From an uncultured Alphaproteobacteria bacterium (lineage in GTDB: Bacteria > Pseudomonadota > Alphaproteobacteria > HIMB59 > GCA-002718135): a DNA stretch of 64,000 bases. Position 1 is the stretch's first letter. Each line of letters starts with the position of its first letter. The stretch is taken from positions 104,310 through 168,309 of the forward strand of contig CACOAX010000001.1 of the NCBI GenBank assembly GCA_902625365.1, written 5' to 3'. Under the pieces are notes generated by a model. That model made no database searches. It saw only the letters and a list, made by a program, of their open reading frames with translations, and was not told where the DNA came from. Positions 41,435-49,301 of the stretch are shown piece after piece. The position numbers were made by a program, and so were the translations under genes.

Positions 41435-41509
41435 GCGGGCGTAGCTCAGGGGTAGAGCGCAACCTTGCCAAGGTTGAAGTCGAGGGTTCGAATCCCTTCG
41501 CCCGCTCCA
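41435..41509 (+). tRNA. tRNA-Gly (anticodon GCC), CCA encoded
   Basis: Folded by hand: GCGGGCG-TA-GCTC-AGGGGTA-GAGC-G-CAACC-TTGCCAA-GGTTG-AAGTC-GAGGG-TTCGAAT-CCCTT-CGCCCGC-T-CCA. Confidence 0.95.
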
Positions 41510-41510
41510 A
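41459..41510 (+). repeat. att-like core, copy 1 (within tRNA-Gly)
   Basis: 52 nt GCAACCTTGCCAAGGTTGAAGTCGAGGGTTCGAATCCCTTCGCCCGCTCCAA, identical to 42814-42865. Confidence 0.9.
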
Positions 41511-41546
41511 CAAAACTCCCAAAAACTGTAAAGTATATAAAAACAA

Positions 41547-41567
41547 GGGACACTAGCGGGACACTTA
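41547..41567 (+). repeat. arm-type-like motif, left copy
   Basis: GGGACACTAGCGGGACACTTA; two xxGGGACA half-sites 11 nt apart (41545, 41556). Confidence 0.6.
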
Positions 41568-41614
41568 AAGTTAAATTTACTTAATTTTAAATTGATTAAT
41601 GTTACAATTATAAA

Positions 41615-42652
41615 ATGAAATTTTTACTTGGTTTTGTGATTATAATATTGTCACTTAGCCTTAATGCTAATGACTCAAAACTTTGTTCAATTAATGATGG
41701 AGAAAAGTATCGAGTATCACCTTCTTGTGGTCAGTCAACTGGAGAAAAAATTGCTAATATTAGTGAGGCATATTGTATAAGTGCTCCTTTAAATTTTAGA
41801 AAAAGAAGTCCAGTACAAATAAAAGCAAATCAATTAAAAAAATATAAGGATTCATTTACAAGCAATTGGACCGATAATGAAACGTTACGGGGTTTGAATT
41901 TTGATAATATCAAAATGAAGTGTGATTATTTAATAACCTTAAAACAAAAAAATGATTATGTAGTTTGCTCAAACAAATCAACAAAAAATGGTAGAGAGAA
42001 ATGTTTCAACAACAATGGCCTTTATATAAATAATTTTGTTTCTTTGCGTGTAGCTGAAATGCTTAACATTCAAAATAATAAATTCATTACACTTAAAGCT
42101 TCAAATAAAACTGAAAACGAAAATGAGGAAACAACTTATATTACTGAAGTAAACCAAAATAAAAAAACAATCAAAACTGATACTAATTTGAATCCAAGCT
42201 CACAAATAGTAACTCAAGTTTTAAGTAAAGATAAAATAAAAGAAGAGTTAAAATATTATAAAGAACTATTTGACGAAGAATTAATTGAAAAATCCGAATA
42301 TGATGAGTTAAGAAAAGCACTTCTTGCTGGAATAAAAGAAGGATCGGTTACAAAAACAATAATAATGAATAAACCACAAGATGTTTTTATAAATTCTCAA
42401 AGTGACATAACTAAACTCGAAGAGCAACTTAAACTGGAACAAAGAAAAGTTAAAGCAATGGAAGATCAAGCAGCTGCAACCAAAAACAACAATGCAATTA
42501 TAAAAAAACAACAAAGTAATAAAGCTTGGGGTGCAATTATGGGTTTGGGGTTAAATATGATGACTGGTAATATTGGACCGGGATCAAACCAAAGGCAAAC
42601 TAATTGTTATGGTACTGGTAGTGGCTTTAATTGCACGTCTTACGACTGGTAG
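41615..42652 (+). CDS. secreted Cys-rich protein with SHOCT-like segment, coiled coil and C-terminal glycine-zipper
   Basis: Signal peptide MKFLLGFVIIILSLSLNA; 8 Cys in N-domain; ELKYYKELFDEELIEKSEYDELRKALLAGI (SHOCT-like); AWGAIMGLGLNMMTGNIGPG. Confidence 0.55.
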   Translation: MKFLLGFVIIILSLSLNANDSKLCSINDGEKYRVSPSCGQSTGEKIANISEAYCISAPLNFRKRSPVQIKANQLKKYKDSFTSNWTDNETLRGLNFDNIKMKCDYLITLKQKNDYVVCSNKSTKNGREKCFNNNGLYINNFVSLRVAEMLNIQNNKFITLKASNKTENENEETTYITEVNQNKKTIKTDTNLNPSSQIVTQVLSKDKIKEELKYYKELFDEELIEKSEYDELRKALLAGIKEGSVTKTIIMNKPQDVFINSQSDITKLEEQLKLEQRKVKAMEDQAAATKNNNAIIKKQQSNKAWGAIMGLGLNMMTGNIGPGSNQRQTNCYGTGSGFNCTSYDW

Positions 42653-42665
42653 ACTTAAGTAATTT

Positions 42666-42725
42666 GTGAGTTGCCCCATTGCCGGTTTTCAAGACCGGTG
42701 CTTTCAACCGCTCAGCCATCTCTCT
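42666..42725 (-). pseudogene. truncated tRNA-Ser(UGA): 5' two-thirds only (no T arm or 3' acceptor strand)
   Basis: Minus strand: AGAGAGA-TG-GCTGAGCGGTTGAAAGC-A-CCGGT-CTTGAAA-ACCGG-C-AATGGGGCAACTCAC, then unrelated sequence. Confidence 0.7.
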
Positions 42726-42729
42726 TTGC

Positions 42730-42750
42730 GGGACAGTAGCGGGACACTTA
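42730..42750 (+). repeat. arm-type-like motif, right copy
   Basis: GGGACAGTAGCGGGACACTTA (20/21 to left copy); GCGGGACA at 42728 and 42739. Confidence 0.6.
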
Positions 42751-42813
42751 GTTTACAAAATATTTAATTATGCTATTTAAAAACTAAGAAAAGGCGCTTC
42801 TCCATGGTAACGG

Positions 42814-42865
42814 GCAACCTTGCCAAGGTTGAAGTCGAGGGTTCGAATCCCTTCGCCCGCTCCAA
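42814..42865 (+). repeat. att-like core, copy 2 (perfect)
   Basis: 52/52 identical to 41459-41510; similarity stops sharply at the 5' base of the anticodon stem. Confidence 0.9.
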
Positions 42866-42965
42866 TAAACCTTACAAACTCTCTCTTTTTTCTGTTAAGC
42901 TTTTTTAAAGCTTTCTAATTTTAAATTCTTGTTATGACATCAGTGTGACAGAAAAAAATAGTCTT

Positions 42966-43574
42966 TTACAGACTTCTAACTAATTTCCTGACTTTTAACA
43001 TATGCTTATCAAATATTTTTTTATCCATATTAGGCAAAACTGAATAAAATCGAATATATTTTGTTTTTAAACCACCTAATTTAAATACTACTTTCTTAAT
43101 TCTTCTAAATGGTATGTTATCAAAAATTGAAAAATTTTGGTAACTAATCATTGGGCCCCCATAAGTAATCGAAATAATTCCAAGTTTACCCCTCATTGCT
43201 CCTGGAACAGGGTAACCATAGTTCTTAAAATATTTATTACCTGGTATTAGAGATTTATAAGAAAAAAACCATTTTGGATGAAGTACCCAATCTACCCAAT
43301 TTTCTAGAATTGCATTAAGCCTCAAATTATGACAACTTCCAATTAACATCATAACAGAACATCTTTCTAATCTTTTTCTGTATTCAAGAACAAGTTTTGG
43401 AGGAGGGTTAATATTTTGATTATAAAATGGAAGCCGCTCCTTTTCCTCAAAGAGATTAACCAAGTCAATTTCATGACCAAGTCTCTTTGCTTCATCTATA
43501 AACGTATCTCTAATTGCTGAATTAAAAGAGTCTTTATAATTGTGATGACCGAAAGCAATAAAAATTTTTTTCAT
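42966..43574 (-). CDS. flavodoxin-like-fold NAD(P)H (quinone) oxidoreductase family protein
   Basis: MKKIFIAFGHHN...; ...NAILENWVDWVL (Flavodoxin_2-like). Internal Met 43574 removes overlap with upstream gene. Confidence 0.6.
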   Translation of the reverse strand: MKKIFIAFGHHNYKDSFNSAIRDTFIDEAKRLGHEIDLVNLFEEKERLPFYNQNINPPPKLVLEYRKRLERCSVMMLIGSCHNLRLNAILENWVDWVLHPKWFFSYKSLIPGNKYFKNYGYPVPGAMRGKLGIISITYGGPMISYQNFSIFDNIPFRRIKKVVFKLGGLKTKYIRFYSVLPNMDKKIFDKHMLKVRKLVRSL

Positions 43575-43581
43575 TAAAATT

Positions 43582-43884
43582 TTATAATATTTTTGTAAAC
43601 CCTTCAAATTCTGGATGACCTAAATAAAGATGTTTATTACTACCTGCATTTTTATGGGAGAGACGAAATTTTTCTGATTTTGTCCAGTTAACGAAATCTT
43701 CTTCAGAATTCCATATGCTATGAGAGGCATACAGGGTATATTCATCTGTAGTTTTACCTTTAATCAAGTTAAAGTTTTTAAACCCTGGAACTTTATCTAA
43801 GTGTGCTTCTCTATTTTCCCAAACCTTTTCAAAATCATTTTCTTTACCAATAACAATCTTAAATCTATTCATAGCGATAAACAT
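43582..43884 (-). CDS. ABM (antibiotic-biosynthesis-monooxygenase) domain protein
   Basis: 100 aa ferredoxin-like: MNRFKIVIGKENDFEKVWENRE...SIWNSEEDFVNWTKSEKF. Confidence 0.65.
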   Translation of the reverse strand: MFIAMNRFKIVIGKENDFEKVWENREAHLDKVPGFKNFNLIKGKTTDEYTLYASHSIWNSEEDFVNWTKSEKFRLSHKNAGSNKHLYLGHPEFEGFTKIL

Positions 43885-44047
43885 TATATATATCTAACCA
43901 ATAAAAATATTTTTTTTTCATACATCATATGAAATATTTGTTATGTTTATATTTATTATTAATTTAGAATTAACTAATTTTTTTTTATTTAAAATAAAAA
44001 TTTTTACTAAATTAATAATTCCATCAAAAACAATAATCTAATCTTGT

Positions 44048-44095
44048 CCTTGCCAATGTCGAAGTGGAGGGTTAGAATCCCTTAGCTGATTACAA
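44048..44095 (+). repeat. att-like core, copy 3 (degenerate)
   Basis: CCTTGCCAATGTCGAAGTGGAGGGTTAGAATCCCTTAGCTGATTACAA; ungapped 37/48 to the tRNA-Gly 3' half (hand alignment). Confidence 0.6.
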
Positions 44096-44298
44096 TTAAT
44101 AGAAGTTAAAATCTAATAAAACCTATCTAGTTCTTCAGCAAAAAGTGTTAATTTCACCAAAGTATGTTTTATTTTCCTTTATACATCTGAGGTTTGAAAC
44201 GTCTACTCACTTAAATAAAATATACAAACCTTCTCAAATGTATGTTAATTTTCTAAAATTCTATTAAAAACTATTGCTACCACCAGCTAATTGTTTTT

Positions 44299-44763
44299 TT
44301 AAATTTTTTTTTCTAAAAAATTTAATTTTTTAATTTTAGATGATGAAATGCTCTTAGTATAAGGAATATCTATAACTTTTCCTCTCCATTTTTTGATTAA
44401 ATTGATTAATTTTTGCCTTTCTTTTTTTTGAGGTCCTTTTTTCCAATCACTTCCATGAACGAAAAAATCAACTTTTAATTTTTCAGCAATTTTACAATAT
44501 ATTAAACCATTCAAAGGAATAATATAATCTACATTTTTTATTTGTGAGATTATTTCCTTTCTTTGTCTAAAATTTAAAACTGGATCTCCTTTATAAGATT
44601 TTAATCCACTATCTGTCATTAATCCAACAATTATAGAACCATATCTACTTGCTTTCTTGATTATTCTAATGTGCCCATGATGTAAAAAATCTACAGCCAT
44701 TGGTAAAAAAACAATTGGTCTTTTAATTTTTTTAATATTTTTTAAATTTTTTTTTGAAATCAT
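44299..44763 (-). CDS. cytidylyltransferase-family protein (TagD/glycerol-3-phosphate cytidylyltransferase-like)
   Basis: AVDFLHHGHIRII (HxGH), FVHGSDW, YTKSISSSKIKK (RTxGISTT-like). Confidence 0.75.
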   Translation of the reverse strand: MISKKNLKNIKKIKRPIVFLPMAVDFLHHGHIRIIKKASRYGSIIVGLMTDSGLKSYKGDPVLNFRQRKEIISQIKNVDYIIPLNGLIYCKIAEKLKVDFFVHGSDWKKGPQKKERQKLINLIKKWRGKVIDIPYTKSISSSKIKKLNFLEKKI

Positions 44764-44916
44764 TTATTCCTTTAAACTTAGTAAACAAAAACCATTAGTT
44801 TATATAAATGCTTTATATTTTTTAAATTTAAAATTTAGCATAATCATTTACATGTGATTTAAAACAAAAATTTACAGAAATATTTTAATTAGTATTTATC
44901 AAAACTCATTTCTAGA

Positions 44917-44966
44917 AATTTTGCCAAGATTGAAATCAAGCTTTCTAATCATTTTGACCACTACAA
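44917..44966 (+). repeat. att-like core, copy 4 (more degenerate)
   Basis: AATTTTGCCAAGATTGAAATCAAGCTTTCTAATCATTTTGACCACTACAA; ungapped 36/50 to the tRNA-Gly 3' half (hand alignment). Confidence 0.5.
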
Positions 44967-45095
44967 GAACCTCCAGAAGTTCCACTTTATATTTAATAAG
45001 TTTTAAATTTTTGTTTTAGTCTTTATGTATAATATTTACTAAAAAACTACTTTATTATTTAAAAAATAATTTAAAATATTTTTGAATTCTTACTT

Positions 45096-46106
45096 TCAGT
45101 TTTTCTTTAAATCTAAAATTTTTTTTACTATAAATTTTGAATATATTTCTGATTTAAACTGTTCTGCTTCTTTTGAGTTTAAAAAATTTTTAATATTTTC
45201 TAAGTAATTTTCGTACTTTTTTTCATTAATTGATTTTAAATATGCAACTAATTCTGTATAATTTTTATACTTATTTTTATCAATATAACAGTTACTTGGA
45301 ATGTATTTATCAATATTATCTGCGCCTAAATATATCGGAACTACATTTGCAAAAAAACAATGAAAAATTTTTTCAGTAATATAACCATTGTAATTAATAG
45401 CATTTTCATAACAAATACTAAATTTATACATAGATAAAGTTTGAATTTTATCAAAAATATCACCCTTGTAAGATTTTGACTTAATGTTAAAAAAAGATAT
45501 TGGATGAAGTAGTTTTGAATATAAAAAATTTAATAATTTATTAGAACTTATTAATTTATTCCAATTTCTTCCATATAAGTCAAATTCATCGGGAATAATT
45601 TTTTCCAACCATTTAATAGCATTGTATCTTTCAGAATATAATTCATTCTCATCATTAATTTTTTTATTCTCACTTATTAAAGTCAAAAATTTTTTTTTAT
45701 TAAAAGGGGTTTTTAATGTTTTCTGAGGAAATTTATATGTAAGTTGAAATTTAAAATATTTTTTATTATCAACATAATTATCATTCCATGTAAATATTAT
45801 ATCAAATAAATCATGATATGATTCAATCCAGTTTTTTTTATGTATAGTAGGGTTCTCAGCTATAATTAAAGCTGAGACTGCTCTGCTGTTAATCTTAAGT
45901 TTTTTTGGAATATCCACATATATATTTATTTCGCTTTTACTAATTTTATTAATATCTGGTGTAGCTATATTTATATTATTATTAGAGAGTTCACGTTTTA
46001 GGCATAAATATTTGTATCTATATCCATCTGGATCATTAGATTTTTCTACATTAAATATTTCATTACTAGTATTGGCAAAATTAGTTATTAGTGTTGCTTG
46101 TAACAT
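45096..46106 (-). CDS. GT10-family alpha-1,3-fucosyltransferase-like glycosyltransferase
   Basis: YKFSICYENAINYNGYITEKIFHCFFANVVPIYLG matches the FucT motif (YKF..FENS....Y.TEK ... P.Y.G). Confidence 0.7.
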   Translation of the reverse strand: MLQATLITNFANTSNEIFNVEKSNDPDGYRYKYLCLKRELSNNNINIATPDINKISKSEINIYVDIPKKLKINSRAVSALIIAENPTIHKKNWIESYHDLFDIIFTWNDNYVDNKKYFKFQLTYKFPQKTLKTPFNKKKFLTLISENKKINDENELYSERYNAIKWLEKIIPDEFDLYGRNWNKLISSNKLLNFLYSKLLHPISFFNIKSKSYKGDIFDKIQTLSMYKFSICYENAINYNGYITEKIFHCFFANVVPIYLGADNIDKYIPSNCYIDKNKYKNYTELVAYLKSINEKKYENYLENIKNFLNSKEAEQFKSEIYSKFIVKKILDLKKN

Positions 46107-46195
46107 AGAATATAATTGTTATACTAACAATACATCAATATTTATTTTATAATAACAAAGTTTTAATTTCAAAATTTAAATAATCTGTGTTTATA

Positions 46196-46771
46196 TTAAT
46201 CGTTAAAGTAAACATATTGATTTATATTAGGATACTTTTTCTTTAAATCTAAAAATATTTCATTCCAGTCACTCTGAGTTTTCAAGCATAGGTGTATATT
46301 TTTTCCATCATCAAAATATTTTGAAGCTGGAATTGTTGCAATTACAAAAAAAATAAACTTGTTTGACAATTTAAATAGTTCATCAATAAAATTCATAACA
46401 TCCTTTTCAGGAATATGCTCTATAACGTCTGTGCAAATTATACCATCAAATCTTTTATTTGGATAAGTTGAAAATTTTTCTACTCCAGGATCATACAAGA
46501 AGATATTTTCGATACCCCAAAAATCTGATAAATTTTTGAATTCGTTATCTCCAATTTTAAATTTATTACTATATAAAAAGGCTTTTCCACAACCAAAATC
46601 TACTATTGAATTAGCATTATTAATTTTTATAATTTCTTTAATTTTAACAATCCATTTGGTCAGAGAATATCCAAGAAACGTACTTTCTCCAGGCAGGTTT
46701 TTAATGCCATTTTTATGAAAAATTTTATACTTTTCAATAACTTTATAATAATAATCTGAGTAATTTTCCAT
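46196..46771 (-). CDS. class I SAM-dependent methyltransferase
   Basis: Motif I IVDFGCGKAF; DGIICTDVIEHIPE. Confidence 0.8.
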   Translation of the reverse strand: MENYSDYYYKVIEKYKIFHKNGIKNLPGESTFLGYSLTKWIVKIKEIIKINNANSIVDFGCGKAFLYSNKFKIGDNEFKNLSDFWGIENIFLYDPGVEKFSTYPNKRFDGIICTDVIEHIPEKDVMNFIDELFKLSNKFIFFVIATIPASKYFDDGKNIHLCLKTQSDWNEIFLDLKKKYPNINQYVYFND

Positions 46772-46842
46772 TTCTGTTTACTTTACTATATCAACTTAAT
46801 TATAAACATAAATATAATTAAAAATATTACAAAATAAAATAT

Positions 46843-47688
46843 ATGACATTTAATCCTATAGCCGCTATAAACGTTCTTGAGTGTAGAAATATAATAAAAA
46901 ATGAAAATCCTGAAGCAATTGATTTAGGTTCGCAAACATCTTCTATAAGTAGTACTTTTATATCTAGCTTAATTCATCAAAACTCTAAATTAAAAGATTC
47001 ACAAAAAAAAAATTTAGAAAATCTGAAAAATAAAAATGGTTTTAGTACTAAAGATTACTTTCAATCTATTGGTTTCAGTAATTACAAGTCTATAGATATA
47101 AATGGTGTATATGAAAGCTATCAATTTGATCTAAATAAAAATATTTCAAAAACTTATAATTTTAATCAAAAATATGATCTTGTTATTAATAACGGAACAG
47201 GTGAACATGTATTTAATCAATATGCATTATATTTGAATTTTCACAACTTAACTAAAACTGATGGTATAATGTTAAATATACTACCTTTTATCGATTGGAT
47301 TAATCATGGTTTTTATAACTTTAATCCCATTTTTTTTGCTGATTTAGCAGCATCAAATAAATATAAAATTGAAAAAATATCATTAGCAAATAGAGATGGT
47401 GCTGAGTTGAAGTTAGATGCTAGTGATTATGAAATAATGTTTGAACAAATTAAACCTCGTATAAATGATTCTAAATTTAATAAAATGATTGAAATAGCTA
47501 AAACTAAGATTGGCAAAAATATTCTTCTTGTTGTGGTGTTAAAAAAACTCTTCGATAATAAATTTAAAACACCACTTCAAGGAAAGTATTTAAGTGATGT
47601 TTCATCATTTAAAACAGATTACAATTATCAAGGGAAGGGTAGTGCAAATGCTAAAAATCAAATTTCTGATAATAACAAAAGAAAATGA
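46843..47688 (+). CDS. methyltransferase-fold protein with degenerate SAM motif I
   Basis: AIDLGSQTSS (in place of DxGxGxG), YDLVINNGTGEHVFNQ. Confidence 0.4.
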   Translation: MTFNPIAAINVLECRNIIKNENPEAIDLGSQTSSISSTFISSLIHQNSKLKDSQKKNLENLKNKNGFSTKDYFQSIGFSNYKSIDINGVYESYQFDLNKNISKTYNFNQKYDLVINNGTGEHVFNQYALYLNFHNLTKTDGIMLNILPFIDWINHGFYNFNPIFFADLAASNKYKIEKISLANRDGAELKLDASDYEIMFEQIKPRINDSKFNKMIEIAKTKIGKNILLVVVLKKLFDNKFKTPLQGKYLSDVSSFKTDYNYQGKGSANAKNQISDNNKRK

Positions 47689-47692
47689 AAAA

Positions 47693-48454
47693 TTACTCTT
47701 CTAGAAAATTTCTATAATTGAATAATTCAAAGTTAAATTCACCAATTATATTTATATACTTCCTGTAGAATTTAGTTTTACTTCTTTTACTTACACCGTG
47801 AATAGAAAAAGGAGAGTTTAAAAACATTACTAGCCTATTTTGTTTATACTCTATTTCTTCAATCAAATTTACTTTTTCTTCTCTAACTCTAGATTTACCA
47901 TAAAAACTTGGCTTATCTTTAAAATCATATGTCATTAAATTTCCACCTTCAGAGTTATCTTTTTCATCTTTCATATATAAAAGAGCAGCATAAAATTCAA
48001 CTGGGTTATCCAAATGTGGTTCAATGACTTTAGTATCGCCACTAGTAGGCGTATTAATTACAAATTGACAATCTAGATTAAAGTAGTTTTTACTTTCAAA
48101 CCTAACTCCAATATTATTTTTATTAAATAATCTTTCTCTTTCTACTTTATAAATTTTTTTAATTGACTCTCCAAAAATTTCATAAAAATCTTCTAAGAAC
48201 TCATAACTTGTATGAAATTTTATAAATTCTTTCCACTCGCTACTAATTTCATTATCTCTAAGTGAATTATATGCATTATATCTGTAAGCAAAATTTTCTT
48301 TATATTCATTATTACCTATTATTTTTTCATATTTTGGAAAATCCGCATTTAATTTATTATAAATATCTTCAGGCAGAGCATCATCAATTATTAAATATGG
48401 AAATTTATCAAACTTAAATTTTATTTTTTGTTTATTTTGTAAAACACTGTACAT
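47693..48454 (-). CDS. 2OG-Fe(II) oxygenase-fold protein
   Basis: HxD...H facial triad candidates IEPHLDNP ... FSIHGVS, trailing basic residue. Confidence 0.55.
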   Translation of the reverse strand: MYSVLQNKQKIKFKFDKFPYLIIDDALPEDIYNKLNADFPKYEKIIGNNEYKENFAYRYNAYNSLRDNEISSEWKEFIKFHTSYEFLEDFYEIFGESIKKIYKVERERLFNKNNIGVRFESKNYFNLDCQFVINTPTSGDTKVIEPHLDNPVEFYAALLYMKDEKDNSEGGNLMTYDFKDKPSFYGKSRVREEKVNLIEEIEYKQNRLVMFLNSPFSIHGVSKRSKTKFYRKYINIIGEFNFELFNYRNFLEE

Positions 48455-48534
48455 AAAAATTAGATAAAGTTTAAGATTAGATATCAGAAATGAATTTATT
48501 TATAAAGTAAGTAATTAGTTTATAATGTTATTAA

Positions 48535-49296
48535 ATGGAAAAACCGGTTGTTATTTACACTGATCATATAGTTAATAAAACATTATGTTATAATTTTGCA
48601 AAAGGATCAGGTTCGCTTATGTGTCATGTTAGTAAATTTAGAGATTATAACAAAGCAATTGCAACTTATGGTATTTTAAGAGGTACGCTTGAAATAATTA
48701 AAAAGGTTAGAAATTTTTACTATATGGACCATGGTTATTTTAATCAGTCGAAAAGATCTTTTGAAAATAATCGTACAAATATAATCAATTTAGACGGTTA
48801 TTTTAGAATAGTTTACAACAACTTTATACATAATGGCAAAGGTAACTATCCTGATGATAGACTAAAAAAATTAAATCTTAAAATTCACGATCAAAGAAAA
48901 TCTGGTAATCATATAATTCTTTCTGAACCATCGAATGCTATGAAAAAATTATATAATGTACCAAATTGGACTGAAGATACATTAAAATTAGTAAGAAAAT
49001 ATACAGATAGAAAACTTGTGGTACATAATAAATTTTCAAATAAACCATTAAATGTATTATTTAAAGATGCTTGGGCATTTGTGAGTTTGCAATCAACTGC
49101 TGGTTTTATTGCAATGTCCGAAGGAATTCCCTCATATTTTACTGAAAATACTTTATGTAATATAGGACAAATCCGGAATATTGAAAAGCCAAGTATAGAT
49201 TATGAGATTTTTAACAACTTAGCATATGGTCAGTGGACACTTAAAGAAATTGAAACTGGAGAGGCATGGGAATATATTTCGAGAAATTTTTTTTGA
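48535..49296 (+). CDS. hypothetical protein (possibly glycosyltransferase-like C-terminal half)
   Basis: Clean 253-aa ORF in island; no motif I can name with confidence. Confidence 0.4.
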   Translation: MEKPVVIYTDHIVNKTLCYNFAKGSGSLMCHVSKFRDYNKAIATYGILRGTLEIIKKVRNFYYMDHGYFNQSKRSFENNRTNIINLDGYFRIVYNNFIHNGKGNYPDDRLKKLNLKIHDQRKSGNHIILSEPSNAMKKLYNVPNWTEDTLKLVRKYTDRKLVVHNKFSNKPLNVLFKDAWAFVSLQSTAGFIAMSEGIPSYFTENTLCNIGQIRNIEKPSIDYEIFNNLAYGQWTLKEIETGEAWEYISRNFF

Positions 49297-49301
49297 TTTA
49301 G

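Larger units (their letters stand above)
41511..42865 (+). mobile_element. putative non-autonomous integrative mini-element (module A, 1,355 bp including one repeat)
   Basis: Bounded by perfect 52-nt direct repeats; internal 21-nt arm-like motifs near both ends; no recombinase gene. Confidence 0.5.

Noticed and set aside
42791-42813. Possible degenerate 5' half of tRNA-Gly immediately upstream of att copy 2 (GCGCTTCTCCATGGTAACGG).
   Set aside because: Only about 8/14 matches in the best local stretch and it needs gaps. I treat the repeat boundary as sharp at 42814.
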